Position numbers and translations under genes: made by a program. Below, one piece after another: positions 1 through 12,754 of a DNA stretch of 64,000 bases (position 1 is the stretch's first letter; the number at the start of each line of letters is the position of its first letter). This DNA is from Antechinus flavipes (Eukaryota), in the NCBI RefSeq assembly GCF_016432865.1, contig NC_067398.1, positions 551,490,001-551,554,000 of the forward strand. Direction: 5' to 3'. The notes under the pieces were generated by a model that was not told where the DNA came from, searched no databases, and worked only from the letters and a program-made list of their open reading frames with translations.

Positions 1-60
1 CCACACTTTCAGAAGGATACATTTCTGTTTTTATTATGTTCAATGAGGTCAAATTTGGCA

Positions 61-185
61 TTATAAAATCTTGGCTTGAATCCAATATCTGGTGACCTTA
101 TGCAAGTTATTTTTCATCTTTTACCTCAACTTCCTTGTCTATAAAATTAAGGACTAGTTGATCTGCAAAGGGTCTTCTATGTCCT
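61..185 (+). mobile_element. MIR-family CORE-SINE remnant
   Basis: Degenerate CORE motif gtgaccttatgcaagttattt...cctcaacttccttgtctataaaat. Confidence 0.5.
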
Positions 186-656
186 AATAAATTAAGCCTT
201 CTTTGCAAAGATTCATTCAGTGATACAGTAATAGGTCCTAGAATATGTTAATGATAACTGGTTGTGGGTAAAGCAGATGATAAGAGTTCCTGTGGTTGGT
301 TTTATTTTCTAAATACAAGTCAAAAAAGGGACCTAGCTCATTAGCAAAAAATGGAGTGATGCACTTAAAAGGAGGATTCTGAATGGAATGTTGGGAAGTG
401 AGCAGACTTCAGTAGGAGTGTTATGACTTCACGTATTTGGGAAAGTGCTAAATGCTGTTCTATAACATAAATTAAACAGTCAATTTTGTTGTTCATTTCC
501 TTTGTACAAACAAACATCCAGACAGCTGTGGAGGGGTTACAGAGTGAGGGAAGTGGAAGATTCTTTATGACTTTCAGTTAATCATTAAATTTTGCTCCTT
601 TTATCATCCTTGATGTGTCTTACAAGTAAATACAGAACATCTTTCTGCCTTTATAG

Positions 657-832
657 GAGATGAATTGACTTTCTTCAAAAACAGCCTGAATTTTTACTCA
701 ATCTTCCAACTAACCCCATCTTGCTGCATTTCGATGGAAAAGGAATAACTTCTTTCTATAATGACAAAGAACTAGAAAGAAAGTGATTAACCATCAATTA
801 AGGGAGGATTGAACAAACTGAGATAGAGGAAG
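657..832 (+). other. Candidate spliced exon, non-coding (stops in all frames)
   Basis: Acceptor tctttctgcctttatag|G at 656/657 and donor GAAG|gtaagc at 832/833; no through-open frame. Confidence 0.2.
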
Positions 833-1077
833 GTAAGCACTTGTTTCTCTATCTTCTTTCAAGACCGATGAGGAATCCCACAGGTTCTCTGCAGAGAGAC
901 CTTTGGGGATGATCTGTTTGTGATTAAATTACCAATAATTAAAAGTGATATAATCTGAGTGCATCATGTTGATCAGTAGCTCACATTTCTGACCATGCCT
1001 TTGTCCCTAGGTTTTTATGACAATCTTGGTTCTCATTCTAACTAATCATTCCTATCTCTTAGTTATTATGCACATGA

Positions 1078-1269
1078 TAGGGGTCCTCAAACTGTGGCCA
1101 CGGGCCAGATGCAGCAGCTGAGGACGTTTATCCCCCTCACTCAGGGCTATGAAGTTTTTTTTATTTAAAGGCCCACAAAACAAAGTTTTTGTTTTTACTA
1201 TAGTCTGGCCCTCCAACAGTCTGAGGGACAGTAAACTGGCCCCCTATTTAAAAAGTTTGAAGACCCTTT
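1078..1269 (+). mobile_element. Non-autonomous OC1 (OposCharlie1)-type hAT MITE, copy 1
   Basis: Termini (t)aggggtcctcaaact ... agtttgaagacccttt match TIR CAGGGGTCCTCAAACT; ~90% identical to the copy at 60797-60988; no 8-bp TSD recovered. Confidence 0.85.
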
Positions 1270-1284
1270 AGAATTTAGTAACTT

Positions 1285-1580
1285 TTTCTCTTTAACCTCT
1301 CTCCCCCCTTCCTCCCTCCTCCTCCTTTCTCCTCTTTCTCTCTCTTTTTCCTCCCTTTTCTGCCTCTCTTTCCTCCTCTCTTATCTTTTTCTTCTTACTC
1401 ATCCTCATTCTCTTTCATATCTCTTTTCCCCTTTGTCTTAATCTCTCCCATGCTCACTATCTCTACTCTGTCTTTCACACTTTCCCACATTCTTTCATTT
1501 TGTTTTATTCTTTTTTGTCTTTCACTTTCTCTCATTGCCTCCCACTCTTTCTATCTATCTTAATCTGTCTCTCTCTATCT
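1285..1580. repeat. CT-rich low-complexity polypyrimidine tract
   Basis: Almost exclusively C/T; source of spurious ORF 1535-1855. Confidence 0.85.
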
Positions 1581-2520
1581 CTTTTATCCTGGATATTGAA
1601 CCAAATCTCTGCCCCCCCGCCCCCCCCCCCCCTTCATTCTGTCTCATAGTCCTACTTTACCTGTCTATCATTTATCCAATCCTTTTGATATACACAGGTA
1701 TTCTCTCTGAAATTAAAGCCAAAAGAAATGAGAAGTGGAAAACAGAGGACACTTTTAATCTAGGCAGGCCTTTGAACTCTTTGAGGACATTTGGGGTCAT
1801 CACAGGAACAAAATATATAGTACTGAAACTTAAAGGGACCTCAGGAGCCATCTAGTTCAACTTTTTCCTCTCACATCTGAAGGAAAAAGGAGCTTGTTCA
1901 AAGTCAAAGTGACAAGAGAAAAGTGTAAACTCAAGAGCCAGATACTGCTTCTTTACTTAATCTATGTTCTCAGCTCTGGCACTTGCCTTTTTGTAAGACA
2001 TGTCAGTGTTTTGGATCTCCATTTTCTATAACTCTATAAGCAAAGATTTAAAGTTAAGTGACCTCAGAGGCCATCTGGTCTAACCTCGTTTGTTTTATGG
2101 GGAGGGGGGATTAAATGAGTTGCCTGCACAGTTGAGCTAGGAATGATATCACATAAACTCCAAAGCATGATGACCTGATAGAACTGAAAAAAGTTATTTT
2201 ACTACAAGTGAATTGACAATATGGAAGGGAGATAAGGAAACAGAAGAGAAACAGAAAAAATAATCATGGAAGATGTGCAAACCTTTTTTTTTATTTTTTA
2301 AAAAATGATCATCTGTATTGTCATGATACAGCTCCTTCACTCACCCGTTATAACAAATGCTTAGTGTGGAATACCCATGAGTCAATGATAATCCCATGTC
2401 TGCTACTTAGTTTGTAGTCACGGGAAAATTACCATAACATAAGGAGGATCTCTGTGACTCCTTCATGCTCAAAAATGAATGAGATATATATTTCTAGGGA
2501 TTGGAGAATAATATTTAGAT

Positions 2521-2650
2521 CTTCTAAGAACTTTTAAGATCATCTCATCTAATCTGCTTTTACAGATGAGGAAACTGAGGCCCAGAGTCTCAAGGTAACA
2601 AGGTTTTGACAAAAAGAAGAATTAACATCTAGGTTCTCTGAATCCAAAGC
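2521..2650 (-). mobile_element. MIR remnant
   Basis: ttttacagatgaggaaactgaggcccagag is the reverse-complement CORE. Confidence 0.7.
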
Positions 2651-2654
2651 CATT

Positions 2655-2822
2655 TTAAAATTTTATTTTTAATTTATGGAATAAAGCATTTCCATAACAT
2701 AGCATAATTACAAAGATGACTGTACATGACCCTGCAAATCTATTATGTACAACTTGCTATTCCCTTTAGATATACAGTAAAGTTATTATGTAAATTTATT
2801 TTTTCTCCTTTTTTCCCATTTT
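2655..2822 (-). mobile_element. L1 3' UTR tip (marsupial)
   Basis: T-rich start followed by ttatggaataaagcatttccataacatag...ttatgtacaacttgctattcc, typical reversed marsupial L1 3' end. Confidence 0.55.
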
Positions 2823-2871
2823 TCCTAATGGCTACCATAAGATATAAGAGTCAACAAGTTCTTTGTCTTAG

Positions 2872-3054
2872 AGCTTTCTCCTGGAAAGAGACATCATCAG
2901 AGAATTTGGGCACCAGCAGTGAAGATGCTACGGTCAAAGATTTTGCCATCACTGTACTCTTAAGTTCCATACTTCTTACTTGGTCTCCAACTTCAACCTT
3001 CACATTAAGTAACAGGAATGAGGAGTGGGTGGAGAAAGAAGGAGCAAGGCATTG
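2872..3054 (+). CDS. Candidate symmetric (phase 2-2) exon, unknown product
   Basis: Acceptor ttctttgtcttag|A, donor CATTG|gtgaga, 183 nt, open (AFSWKETSSENLGTSSEDATVKDFAITVLL...EKEGARH); no recognisable homology. Confidence 0.2.
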
Positions 3055-3859
3055 GTGAGATGGGAGTGCAGCCCAATACTCCACAATGAACAAAATATTT
3101 TCTTTATAAATATTGCTAATCAGTCATTTAGGCTAAACTTCAGTGAGAAGCACAAAGACCAGTTGGGCACTTGTGGGCTCATTTATTGTTCATAACAGTA
3201 TTCATGGAAAACACCCCCTTCTTTCATTGGTACTTCATTTCCTGTTGCCAAAGCATATAATCTGTTCTTAGCAATGCCTTGGGGAAAAAAAAAAACTTGC
3301 ATAAAATTTAATATAAAGGAAAAAGTTAAGGATCATGCTGAGGTAACTCAGCCTTCCTGAGTTTAAGTGGTACTTTTTCTATACACCTCCTTCATTTCTT
3401 CATCTCAGCATACAAAGAAGTGACATATACGTAGGAGGGGAAAAAAGTCTGATAAAGCTATGAGATTTAGGTAGCAATTCTGCTAGATACAAAGACTAAA
3501 AATCCATCCTGCAGGGATGCAGCCCTCTTGTGACAATTATGTTTCTGGCATGCTTAAAAAGGGCAGAAGTGTAATTGTCCAAGGAAATTTGAGAAGAAAA
3601 AAAAAGATTTATCAGGAAGCAGATGGAAGAGGGGCCAGAGAATAATGACCTTGAAAATTAGGTGCAAATTTTTGCCAGCTAAACATTGGAAATATTTTTG
3701 CTAGGTTCTATTTCCCAGCAGGAGGACTCTGGGGGTTACCATAAATGAATTGACTTACCCAACAAAACTGGATTTTTCCCCCAGCAAGTAAGAGAGCAGT
3801 CAAGTGAAAAGGACTTCCAATACACATTCATAAAGGGATTTATTGAGTACTGCTCATTT

Positions 3860-4290
3860 CTTCCCCATGTCCAAAATTCTTCAGAGGTTCTTCATGACTT
3901 CTGGGGTAAAATGGTAACTTGTCAGCCTGACATTTAAAGCCACTTGCTCCTGGCTTCAACTTATCTCTTTATATACTCACGTGGTGCAGTCAAATTGGTC
4001 TACAATTTATTTTCTGAACCTGGCATCCAATATCTTGCCTATACATGTATACCAATTGTCTTTTTTAATTTGAAATATATTTCCTTTTTATCTCTATCTG
4101 TTCCATCAATGTTTTCCTGATTTTCCTAATTGTCAGTGCTTTGAAACTGCTCAAATTACTTTGTTTTTACCTACCTATACTCCTGTTGTGCAATGTAAGG
4201 TCTTTGAAGGTAAGGTTTATTTAAAGATTGTAATCAAGTGCCTAGGTCAGTACCTTGCTCTTAGTAAGCACTTAATAAAGTTTATAGATT
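3860..4290 (+). mobile_element. L2 LINE 3' end remnant
   Basis: L2 3' motifs ending ...cagtaccttgctcttagtaagcacttaataaag. Confidence 0.65.
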
Positions 4291-7200
4291 CAATCAACTG
4301 AAAAATGAGATCAGATTTGGAATTTTTCAAAATACTTTGCCCCCAACATCCTTGTACATGTAGAAATTTTTGTTCATTTTCTCCATTTCACAACAAAGAA
4401 AACTGCATTTTGGAGAGATTCCACATTTTTGCTCATAGTTACTCAGACAATGAGAAAATTAAAATTGTTTTCTGTTATAGAGGGTACAGCCTATGGTGAA
4501 GGAAGATACTTTGCTTAACATGAGATTGCAGAATAAAAGACTCAAAAGAGATACTGAATAGACACTTAAAATTTTCCTAATAATCATGTATTGAGTGGGA
4601 GATTAAGAATCATAGAATTTTAAAATTTGGACAATGTTCATCTAGTTCAGACTTTTTATTTTACAGATGAGGAAACTGAAGTGAAGGAAGAGTAAATTAT
4701 TGACCCAAGGTTTTAGTGGTAGATATGATACCTCCTGCCTTTCTTCTTACTTCATTATTCTGTTGCTCAAGAAAATTAATTTTATTTGTTTTTAGGGATT
4801 TTAAAAAGTTTAACTAAATAAAATGCTGTTCATTGGGTATACTGAAGCAAGGGGAACTCTGACAGAATATGTTTGTATAGAAGATGTCATCCTGATTCAT
4901 GCTTAGGTCTGCTAGTTAGTGCAACACTCATAATTACTGCAGCTAATTGACTTTAGGTCCAATAACCTCCACTTTCTGTCTCTGGATACTTCCCTTTTTT
5001 TTTTTTTTTTTAAAGGTCATGGGGAATTCCTTGTCCAGAAAAATTCTCTAAACACTCTTCCCTCACTTTCCACTAACTAATTCAATCTGATAAATTTTCA
5101 TTAAGATACTGTGATAAGTATAGAGCATACAATTAATAAGAAGAAAAAGAGTTCTTTCTTTCAGGGAGCTTACAACCTAATAGGAAGAGATAACATACGC
5201 AAGGAGTCCAGAAAGTCAAACAAAAGGGAAACCAGGGAATATTTAGGACAGGGGCATCTTTGTCCCATGGAGCTGAAACTAGGTAGAGTAGAAGATGCAA
5301 ATTGCAATAAGCTGAAAGTCCATTTTTCACCCGCTATAAAGGAACACATTGGGAGGAGTTTAAATAAGTAATAATCCAGAAAAAAAACAATAGATAGCAC
5401 TTTCCAAATAGGTTTCCTCAGAACAGTTTTTGGGATGACTAACATAAGAATCCTTATTTGAATCTTACAAATTAGAAATAACTGAGTGAGAGGCTAAGTG
5501 ATCAGTTAACATTTTCAAGGCTATCAAATAACAGAGCCTAGTCTCAAAATAACAATTAAAAAATCAATTTAATGCTCTTCTCATTGTGCCACAATGTCAC
5601 TCATGAACAGGACATTGAAATAATTATAATTTATTTAGTGCCTATTATATGACAAACATTTTGCTAAACACTTTATAAAAATTATTTCATTTGTTACAAC
5701 AAATTATAATCCCAATTTTATAGTGAGGGAAACTGAGTCACACCTCTTTGCCTTTAGCATCGAGTGACCACTTGGAGGGAACTTGCCTGAGTACACCTAG
5801 ATAAAGGATACCCAACACACGAAATTCAAGGAAATATCAAGAACTCAGGGCAGAGTCATGAAATCCAGACATCTGAAGTCAACCCTGAAATCCTTTAAAC
5901 TACTCTAGAAACTCATAATAAAAACAGCCCTTTGTTCTCATCAGGGTACTCTGCCTGCTAATCACTCAGATTTTGAAGAGATCAACTTAGAAGAAAAAAG
6001 TAGATGGCATGGCTTTTTCCAAAAAAAACAAAACAAAAACAAAAACAAAAAAACAGATCCTAAGTGGTGGGATGTGATTGTTTATAAGTTCTTCCTTATT
6101 ACAAGGAGCAGCACCAAGATGGAGGTCAGGAGGGGGATTTTTTTTTTTTGTCCTGGATCTTCTACTTTGTCTTTGAAATCCAGTTTGTTAAGTAAGACAA
6201 CTGGACAATTCTCAGGTCTTGTTTCTAATTTTTTTTCAGCAACAGCTTTGCATTAGCTGGGGCAATTTGAGAAGTAGAGAGCAAACAGTTAAATTAAAAA
6301 ATATTGCATTTGGTGCCTTTCTGCATCAGATGCCTTTGATGTACTCCATCTAACCCAATTGTGTTGGAAATTGTTCTTTGAAGGCAATCATGAGGCTTGC
6401 TGTTTATTAAGCATTTCATAACTCCCATTCACAGCCTCTCCTCTGATAGATGAGCAAAGTGGATCCTCTTGCAAACGGAAACACAGTTGGAGTTACAAAT
6501 TTTGGAATGTTGATGTCTGTTCTAATATTTAATTTCAAAGACACGCAGACTTCTAATGCAAGGAGATTTATATTCCAGGTTGCAGTAATTAACTGGTAAT
6601 GAAATGTGTATGGAAGAATCCTTAGTCTCTTAAGGATAAGAGTAGCACATGCACACCAAGCTTGCTGCTGCCACCTTCTTTCTCCTCATGCCCCAGACCC
6701 TGCTGAACAGTGAAAAGCACAGCACAATGGGCTCTCTGTGGTTTATGTTAATGAAGCAGACGTGGTCAAACACTGTAGGACTTCTTGACAGATGAATGAA
6801 TGATAATGAATTACCTTCAATTTTCCTTCTGGCAGAGACATATAGTCCCATTATAGCTGGAGGAGAGGGAGGGGAAATTGAAGAACAGTAAACACCCTTC
6901 TTACAGGAATAATAATAATTATTATGACTAGAATTTATATGATAGTTACAATGTGCCTGATAATGTGCTAATCACTTTACAAATATTATTCGTTTGATCC
7001 TCACAACAATCCTAGGGTTATTATTACTTCCATTTTACTGTTGATGAAACTGAGGCACATGGAGGTTTAGTGATTTCTCTACTCACACAATTTGTAAGTG
7101 CCTAAGGCTGCATTTGAATTCTGGGCTTCCTCCTTCTAGCACTCTATCCACAATGCCATCTAACTGCCTTTAGTACTCAGCATATAATAATACCCATAGT

Positions 7201-7489
7201 GTGGACATTAAGGAGAGTTTTTCTTAATATTTACTATTTCTAGGTAATTTATTATATGATATTCATTTAAAATTCAACTTGGCATAAATGAGAGACTTGG
7301 GTTTTATTCCAGTTTTTGTGTGAGGCAAAATTTTGATATTCTGTTTCTAGCTGGGATAATGATTTTAGATGTCAAATGTCTATGCTTTATTTATTCTTTA
7401 ACCCAGAAATATCATTATTTGTTCTGTATCCCAAAGAGATAAAAAAAGGGAAAAGGAACTATACTTTTTTTCATGGTGACAAAGAACTG

Positions 7490-8030
7490 AAGATTAAGGG
7501 GATGTCCATGGAAATGACTGAACAACTTGTGGCATATGGTTGTGGTAGAATGTTATTGTGCTACAGAAAAGGAAGAGTTTGGTTTCAGAAAAACCTGGGA
7601 AGACTTTTATGAACTTATGCAAAATGAAATGAGCAGAACCAGGAAAATATTATGTATAGTAATAGTAAAAAAATACAATAATAGTAAATAGTGATCAACT
7701 GTGAATGAAAGCTATTCTCAGTAATACAATGATCAAAGACAATTCAGAAAAACTTATGAAAAATGCTATTTACCTGCAGAGAAAGAAGTCTGAATGCAGA
7801 TTAAAACATAATTTTAAAAAACTTTATTTTTCTTTCTTTTTTGGGGCCTATTTTCTGCTGGCTAATTTGGAGATATGTTATATATCACTGTACACATATA
7901 ATCTATATTCCAAATTGCTTGCCTTCTCATGGGGGTGGGAGGATGGGGGGGGGAGTGAGATAGTTTAGAACTTAATTTAGAAAAAAAGCAAACATCAAAA
8001 TTGTTTTTATATGTAACTGGAAAAATATAT
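7490..8030 (+). mobile_element. Old L1 3' end (ORF2 tail and 3' UTR)
   Basis: gaatgttattgtgctacagaaaaggaagag...atgaacttatgcaaaatgaaatgagcagaaccagg...atgtaactggaaaaatatataaa. Confidence 0.8.
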
Positions 8031-8357
8031 AAACATTTTCTCCTGGGGAAAACAATTCCATACTTTTCCAACAATGGAGGAATTTGGCTAATGATTGGTA
8101 AATAAGAAAGATTCAAAATGCAAGGGTAAAGAAATGCCATGGTAAGGCATATGCTCATAACTTTAAAAAATGAAAACCAAAAACAAGATAAAAACTATTT
8201 TATTTGTAAAATCTAGCCCTTTATATTTCAGGGTTATGGTGGTAGTTAATGCCAGGCAGGTTAACAGATCAGGAAATATAAGAATTATGACTACTAAACT
8301 AAATTCTATGACTTAATATTTCAATTAAAATTATATTACAGAAAGTCATTGCTTAAT

Positions 8358-8570
8358 TGGCACAGTGCATAGAGTGCGAGGCCTGGTATGAAGAAGACTT
8401 CTCTTCTTGAGTTCAAATTCAACCTCAGATACTTACTAGTTGTGTGACCCTGTTTACTTTGGCTTTCTCATCTGTAGAATGAGTTGAAGAAGGAAATGGC
8501 AAACTACTTAAAGAAAATCCCAAAATGGAGTCATAAGGAGTCAGGCATGAATGAAATGGTTCAACAACAA
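8358..8570 (+). mobile_element. MAR1-type marsupial CORE-SINE
   Basis: tRNA-like head, CORE, and RTE/BovB-like tail gaaggaaatggcaaac...tgaaatggttcaacaacaa. Confidence 0.8.
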
Positions 8571-9029
8571 TTATTGCAGCAAATATTTTTTATTAACAAA
8601 GTATAAGCAGGTAGTGGGCAATTTTTAAAGATCATTTGTAATTGGTTCTAGGAAAGAAAATTTCTGATTAAGGGTCAAAGTTTTAGCTGATTTATTTTGC
8701 AGTGTTGCCTCCCAAACCTAGTTTATAACAATATAATATAATTTATAATAAAATAATTAAATTGGTGATTTATATATAACAATAATTTATGTAATGCAAT
8801 GTCAATGTATTTAATGTAGTAACTTTAAAAACCTTCCTTTGGGTTACAAAGAGGGAAAATTTTTGTAAATGTTAATATTCCTCATGAATATGAGCTGTTA
8901 TTGTTTTTGTTGCCATTTATGGGTCAATGCTGTATTAATAGAGCTTGTATATTAACTAGATTTGGGGGTAAGAATTTTGTTCAAATTAAAACTTGATTGT
9001 TTCAACTTCCCTTTTACTTGGCTAAGCAG

Positions 9030-9270
9030 AAGGATGGCTCAGTGGATAAAGCAGTAGTCTTTGAATCACAAAAACCTGAGTTAAATGCAACCTCAAACAT
9101 TTTCTAGCTATGTGATCCTGAGCAAGTCATTTTGCTTTTATTTGCCTCAGTTTCTTCAATTGTAAAATAGGAATAATAATAGCAATTAACTCATAGGATC
9201 AATTGTTGTGAGGATCAATTAAGATAATATTTGAAGTCTTTAACACATAGTAGTTGCTTCATAAACACTT
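9030..9270 (+). mobile_element. MIR SINE
   Basis: cagtggataaagc...tgtgatcctgagcaagtca...gcctcagtttcttcaattgtaaaatagg. Confidence 0.75.
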
Positions 9271-11749
9271 GTTTTACTCCTTCTAAACAGTCTTCTTTTG
9301 TGTTCTAAAAGAATAATTTTATAAAAGTTTTGTTAGGAAACTTTGTTTTGCTCAGCACTTGGAGTCAACATATGTTGTCCTCATGCATTTGAGATCCTTG
9401 GCTTCTGAATGACAACACTTTGGCCTTGAGCAAGAATACAGGGATCAGCCTTAAGCATCCACACCAGGGTTCCAGTCAAGTATTTTCATGGCAGCTACAT
9501 TAGCACTGGTGGGTGATAGGATAATTTATTGAATTGCTGCCCTAAAAGTGAAGTTTGTCTGTATGGTTCTTAGTCCTGCTTTTAGCACCTGTCAAATATA
9601 TCCCTGATTTCCATCAAGTCTTTCCCTTTGGGTATTTGTCTACAGAAAGCCAATCACTGAAGCAGAGTTAGAATGTGTACATTGTTGGCATTGGAACTTA
9701 TGATTCATATAGACTTTTTAAAAGACCTACCACAGCTAATAAACAGGGTCAGAGGAGAAAATATTCCAACTCCAGGCACATTAGCTCTTCATTATTACTG
9801 AGTGGTTAGCCTAACTAGAGAGGGGAACTGTACAGCCCTTCCCAAGATACAGATGAACTACTTCAGTTTTCAAAAAATGGGAAAAGCTAACCAATAATTG
9901 ATGAATTATGTGGTTTTTTAAAAAGGAATAATGTGGTTTTAAAAAAGGAATAATTTTCCATTAGTTCTTCCTTGTTTTCTTGCCATAAAATATAAAGTGT
10001 GTTCACTTATTCACTGGTATTTGAAGTAGAAGTAGTTGCCTCTAAGCCCTTGATTTCAAAATGAGAAATCCAGCCACGATCAGGCTTAAGAGGTAGAAGA
10101 ACAAGCAAAGGCAGAGAACACTCACAAATTGCTGCCAGGGATGTGACATTCTTCACAGAGATAATTGGGCTAAGTGATTCTTAAATGATGCTTAATTAAG
10201 CCCATTTTGTTTCATAGGCTCACAAAATCATACATCTAAAGCTGAAAGAGAATTTGGAGGGCATAAAGTCAAGCTTTCTTTTCTTTTTACAGATGAAGTT
10301 CATAAAAGTTAAATTCAGAAAAATAAGTTAAATGACTTGAACAAGGTCACAGAAGTGAAAGTGGCAGGATTTGAAAACAGATTTTTCTAGCCAGATCCAG
10401 TGTTCTTTTCAATGTACTACTCTCTCAGTTTCATCATATTTTAAATGGGAATCATATTGCTCATGATTTTTACTGGCTGTTGGGAATAAAATTAAAAAGC
10501 ACTATCTGAATATTTCCTCCTTTTTCTTCTCCTTTTTTTCTTTCTCCTCCTTCCTTTTCTTCTCCTTCTTCCCCTCTTTTCTTCCTCCTCTTTTGCCTAG
10601 TTTTAAGAACCATCACTTAATTCCTTCCCTCAGACAACATTATCTTTAATTTTACTTTGGAAATACTCATGATTTTGACATAGACCACAGGAAATGGAAA
10701 TCATAATCCAGAAAAGGAATATATTAATATCTCCTCTACTACTTACCCCATTACAACAAAGCTTGGAAACTGTACAACCAGCTGCTTCCACCTTGAATAC
10801 TTTCAAATAAAATCTTTTTTTCTATCTCCTGGGCTTTAGGAATCATCATATGTTCTGTGACTATTAGGATATATTAGGAATCTGGCATTTCTCAAATACA
10901 GAAAAAGCCTCTTTTTATTATTTTTTCTATATTATTTATTCTATATATTTATATATATTCTATATGTTTATAGAAATATATCTATAAATATTTACTATTT
11001 ATTTTATATATTCTATTTAACAGAGCAAACAAAATTAATTTTACCTCACAGATCTGATGAGTTTTTCCTTATAGAGTCTTGTTTTAGAACCACCATCATT
11101 GTGATTCAACACAGGATTCAAACATGCCTCTGCCATAGTGACTTCTCTGGCCAAGAAATTCCAAACATATTAAATTGGATGCTATTCTATAGAAAACCAC
11201 ATGCCTATGGAATGCAGAGAAGCCTGGAATTCACATAATGATGCCTTAAGCACGGTGTAGTCAAAATGATATGTAATTACCTGGTATTTCTATCTGATGG
11301 ATGCTTTTGTTCTAATGTCATTTTCAGATACAGACCCAATACAAAAATTAGGTATACAACCTAGCACTGAACTGAAGTCATCCATCACTCTCTGACAGTT
11401 TCACAAGTACACTCTAAAGTATTCCACTGGTACCACAAGAAACAAGAACAATAGTTACAAGGTTCAAACACCTGCTGAGACAACGCAGTGTTACCAAAAA
11501 TACCTCCTATTTGTTCTGCCTCCTGCCCAGCATCTGGCAAGGTGAACAGAAAATGAAATAATTGTATTTCCATGGCAAAATGTTTCTTATGATCGAGTGT
11601 TGACATAAGAAGTTTAAAAAGCCTCTTTTAACCTCTACTGATCTATTTTTGAGGAAGAGAAAGAAGAAAAAAAAAGAAAAAATGGAAGAGAAAGAAATGG
11701 AAAAAAAATGGAAGAGAAAAGAAAGGAAGAGAGAAAGAATGATGTATCA

Positions 11750-12600
11750 ATTAATCAACAAGCATTTATTTAGCACCTGCTGTGCTCCAGCAACCATACT
11801 AGGCACAGAGTGGGTTAAAAAAATAGCAAATTCCATGCCATTAAGAAATTTACTTTCTATTGGGGGGGGTACAATGTATGCATAGATGAGTTTCTACAAA
11901 ACATGTTCAAAGTGATTTGGGGGAGGAAGGCACTAGAACAGGACTCAAGAAAGGCTTCATGTAGAAAGTAGAACTTGATCTGAATTTTGAAGGAAAGTTC
12001 AAATTCTGCCTCTAAGAAGCAGAGATAAGAATAGGTGAGATTTTTTTGAGGCAATTAGAGTTAAGTGATCTGTCTAGGGTCACAAGTGTCTGACCGTATT
12101 TGAATTCAGGTCCTCCAATTCCAGGTCTAGTGCTGTATCCACTGTGTCATCTATCTGCCCCAAGACATTCTTCACTGTGATGGAGAGAGGAATAGCAAAA
12201 AGCAATTTGACTAGACTATAATGACTGGACTGTAAAGAAACTGAAGGAGAGTAATACATAATCAGATGGGAAAGATAGGTTGGAATAAGGAATGGGATAG
12301 ACTTTAAATGTCAAAGAGAAGAGTATGTGTTGAAGAATTAAGGGGCTTTGAACTTAGTAAACTGGATAATAAGATAGAACTACATTTTAGCAAAGTCATT
12401 TTGATCGCTCTATAGTGAATGAATGAGAGACAGAGAAGAATTTTTCTGCAAGGGGACCTTCTAATAAAGGCTATTATGGTGGTCCGGTTGAGATGTGCCA
12501 AGAGCCTAAGTAGGTGATAACTATGTGAGTATAAACTTAGAAAGGCTTATTTATAGATGCTTGTAGCTGTTCAAGGAGCAAAATTTGGCAACTAATTAGA
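11750..12600 (-). mobile_element. L2 remnant interrupted by WSINE1
   Basis: caattaatcaacaagcatttatttagcacctgctgtgctccag (reverse-complement L2 3' end) followed by purine-rich L2 body. Confidence 0.7.
12041..12161 (-). mobile_element. WSINE1
   Basis: tttttttgaggcaattagagttaagtgat...gtgctgtatccactgtgtcatctatctgcccc. Confidence 0.85.
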
Positions 12601-12754
12601 TATATACAAGATGGGGGAGTGAGTGAAGGAGAGAGATAAAAAGACAGAAAAAAGAGATAGAGGAACAAACAGAAAGGTAGAGAAACAGATAGAGAGAGAG
12701 AAAAACAGATAAGATATGAACAAGACAATTTTCAGATGAAGAAATTAAAAACAT

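Noticed and set aside
8358-8440. tRNA-like A/B box sequences at SINE heads
   Set aside because: tRNA-derived heads of MAR1/WSINE1/MIR; no cloverleaf tRNA gene present.
9908-9952. 22-23-bp tandem duplication atgtggttttttaaaaaggaata x2 (also 10-11-bp doublets at ~16321 and ~19473)
   Set aside because: Ordinary replication-slippage duplications.
11385-11606. Cys-rich minus ORF (FEPCNYCSCFLWYQWNTLECTC) behind a good acceptor
   Set aside because: No recognisable domain and no convincing donor or partner exons.
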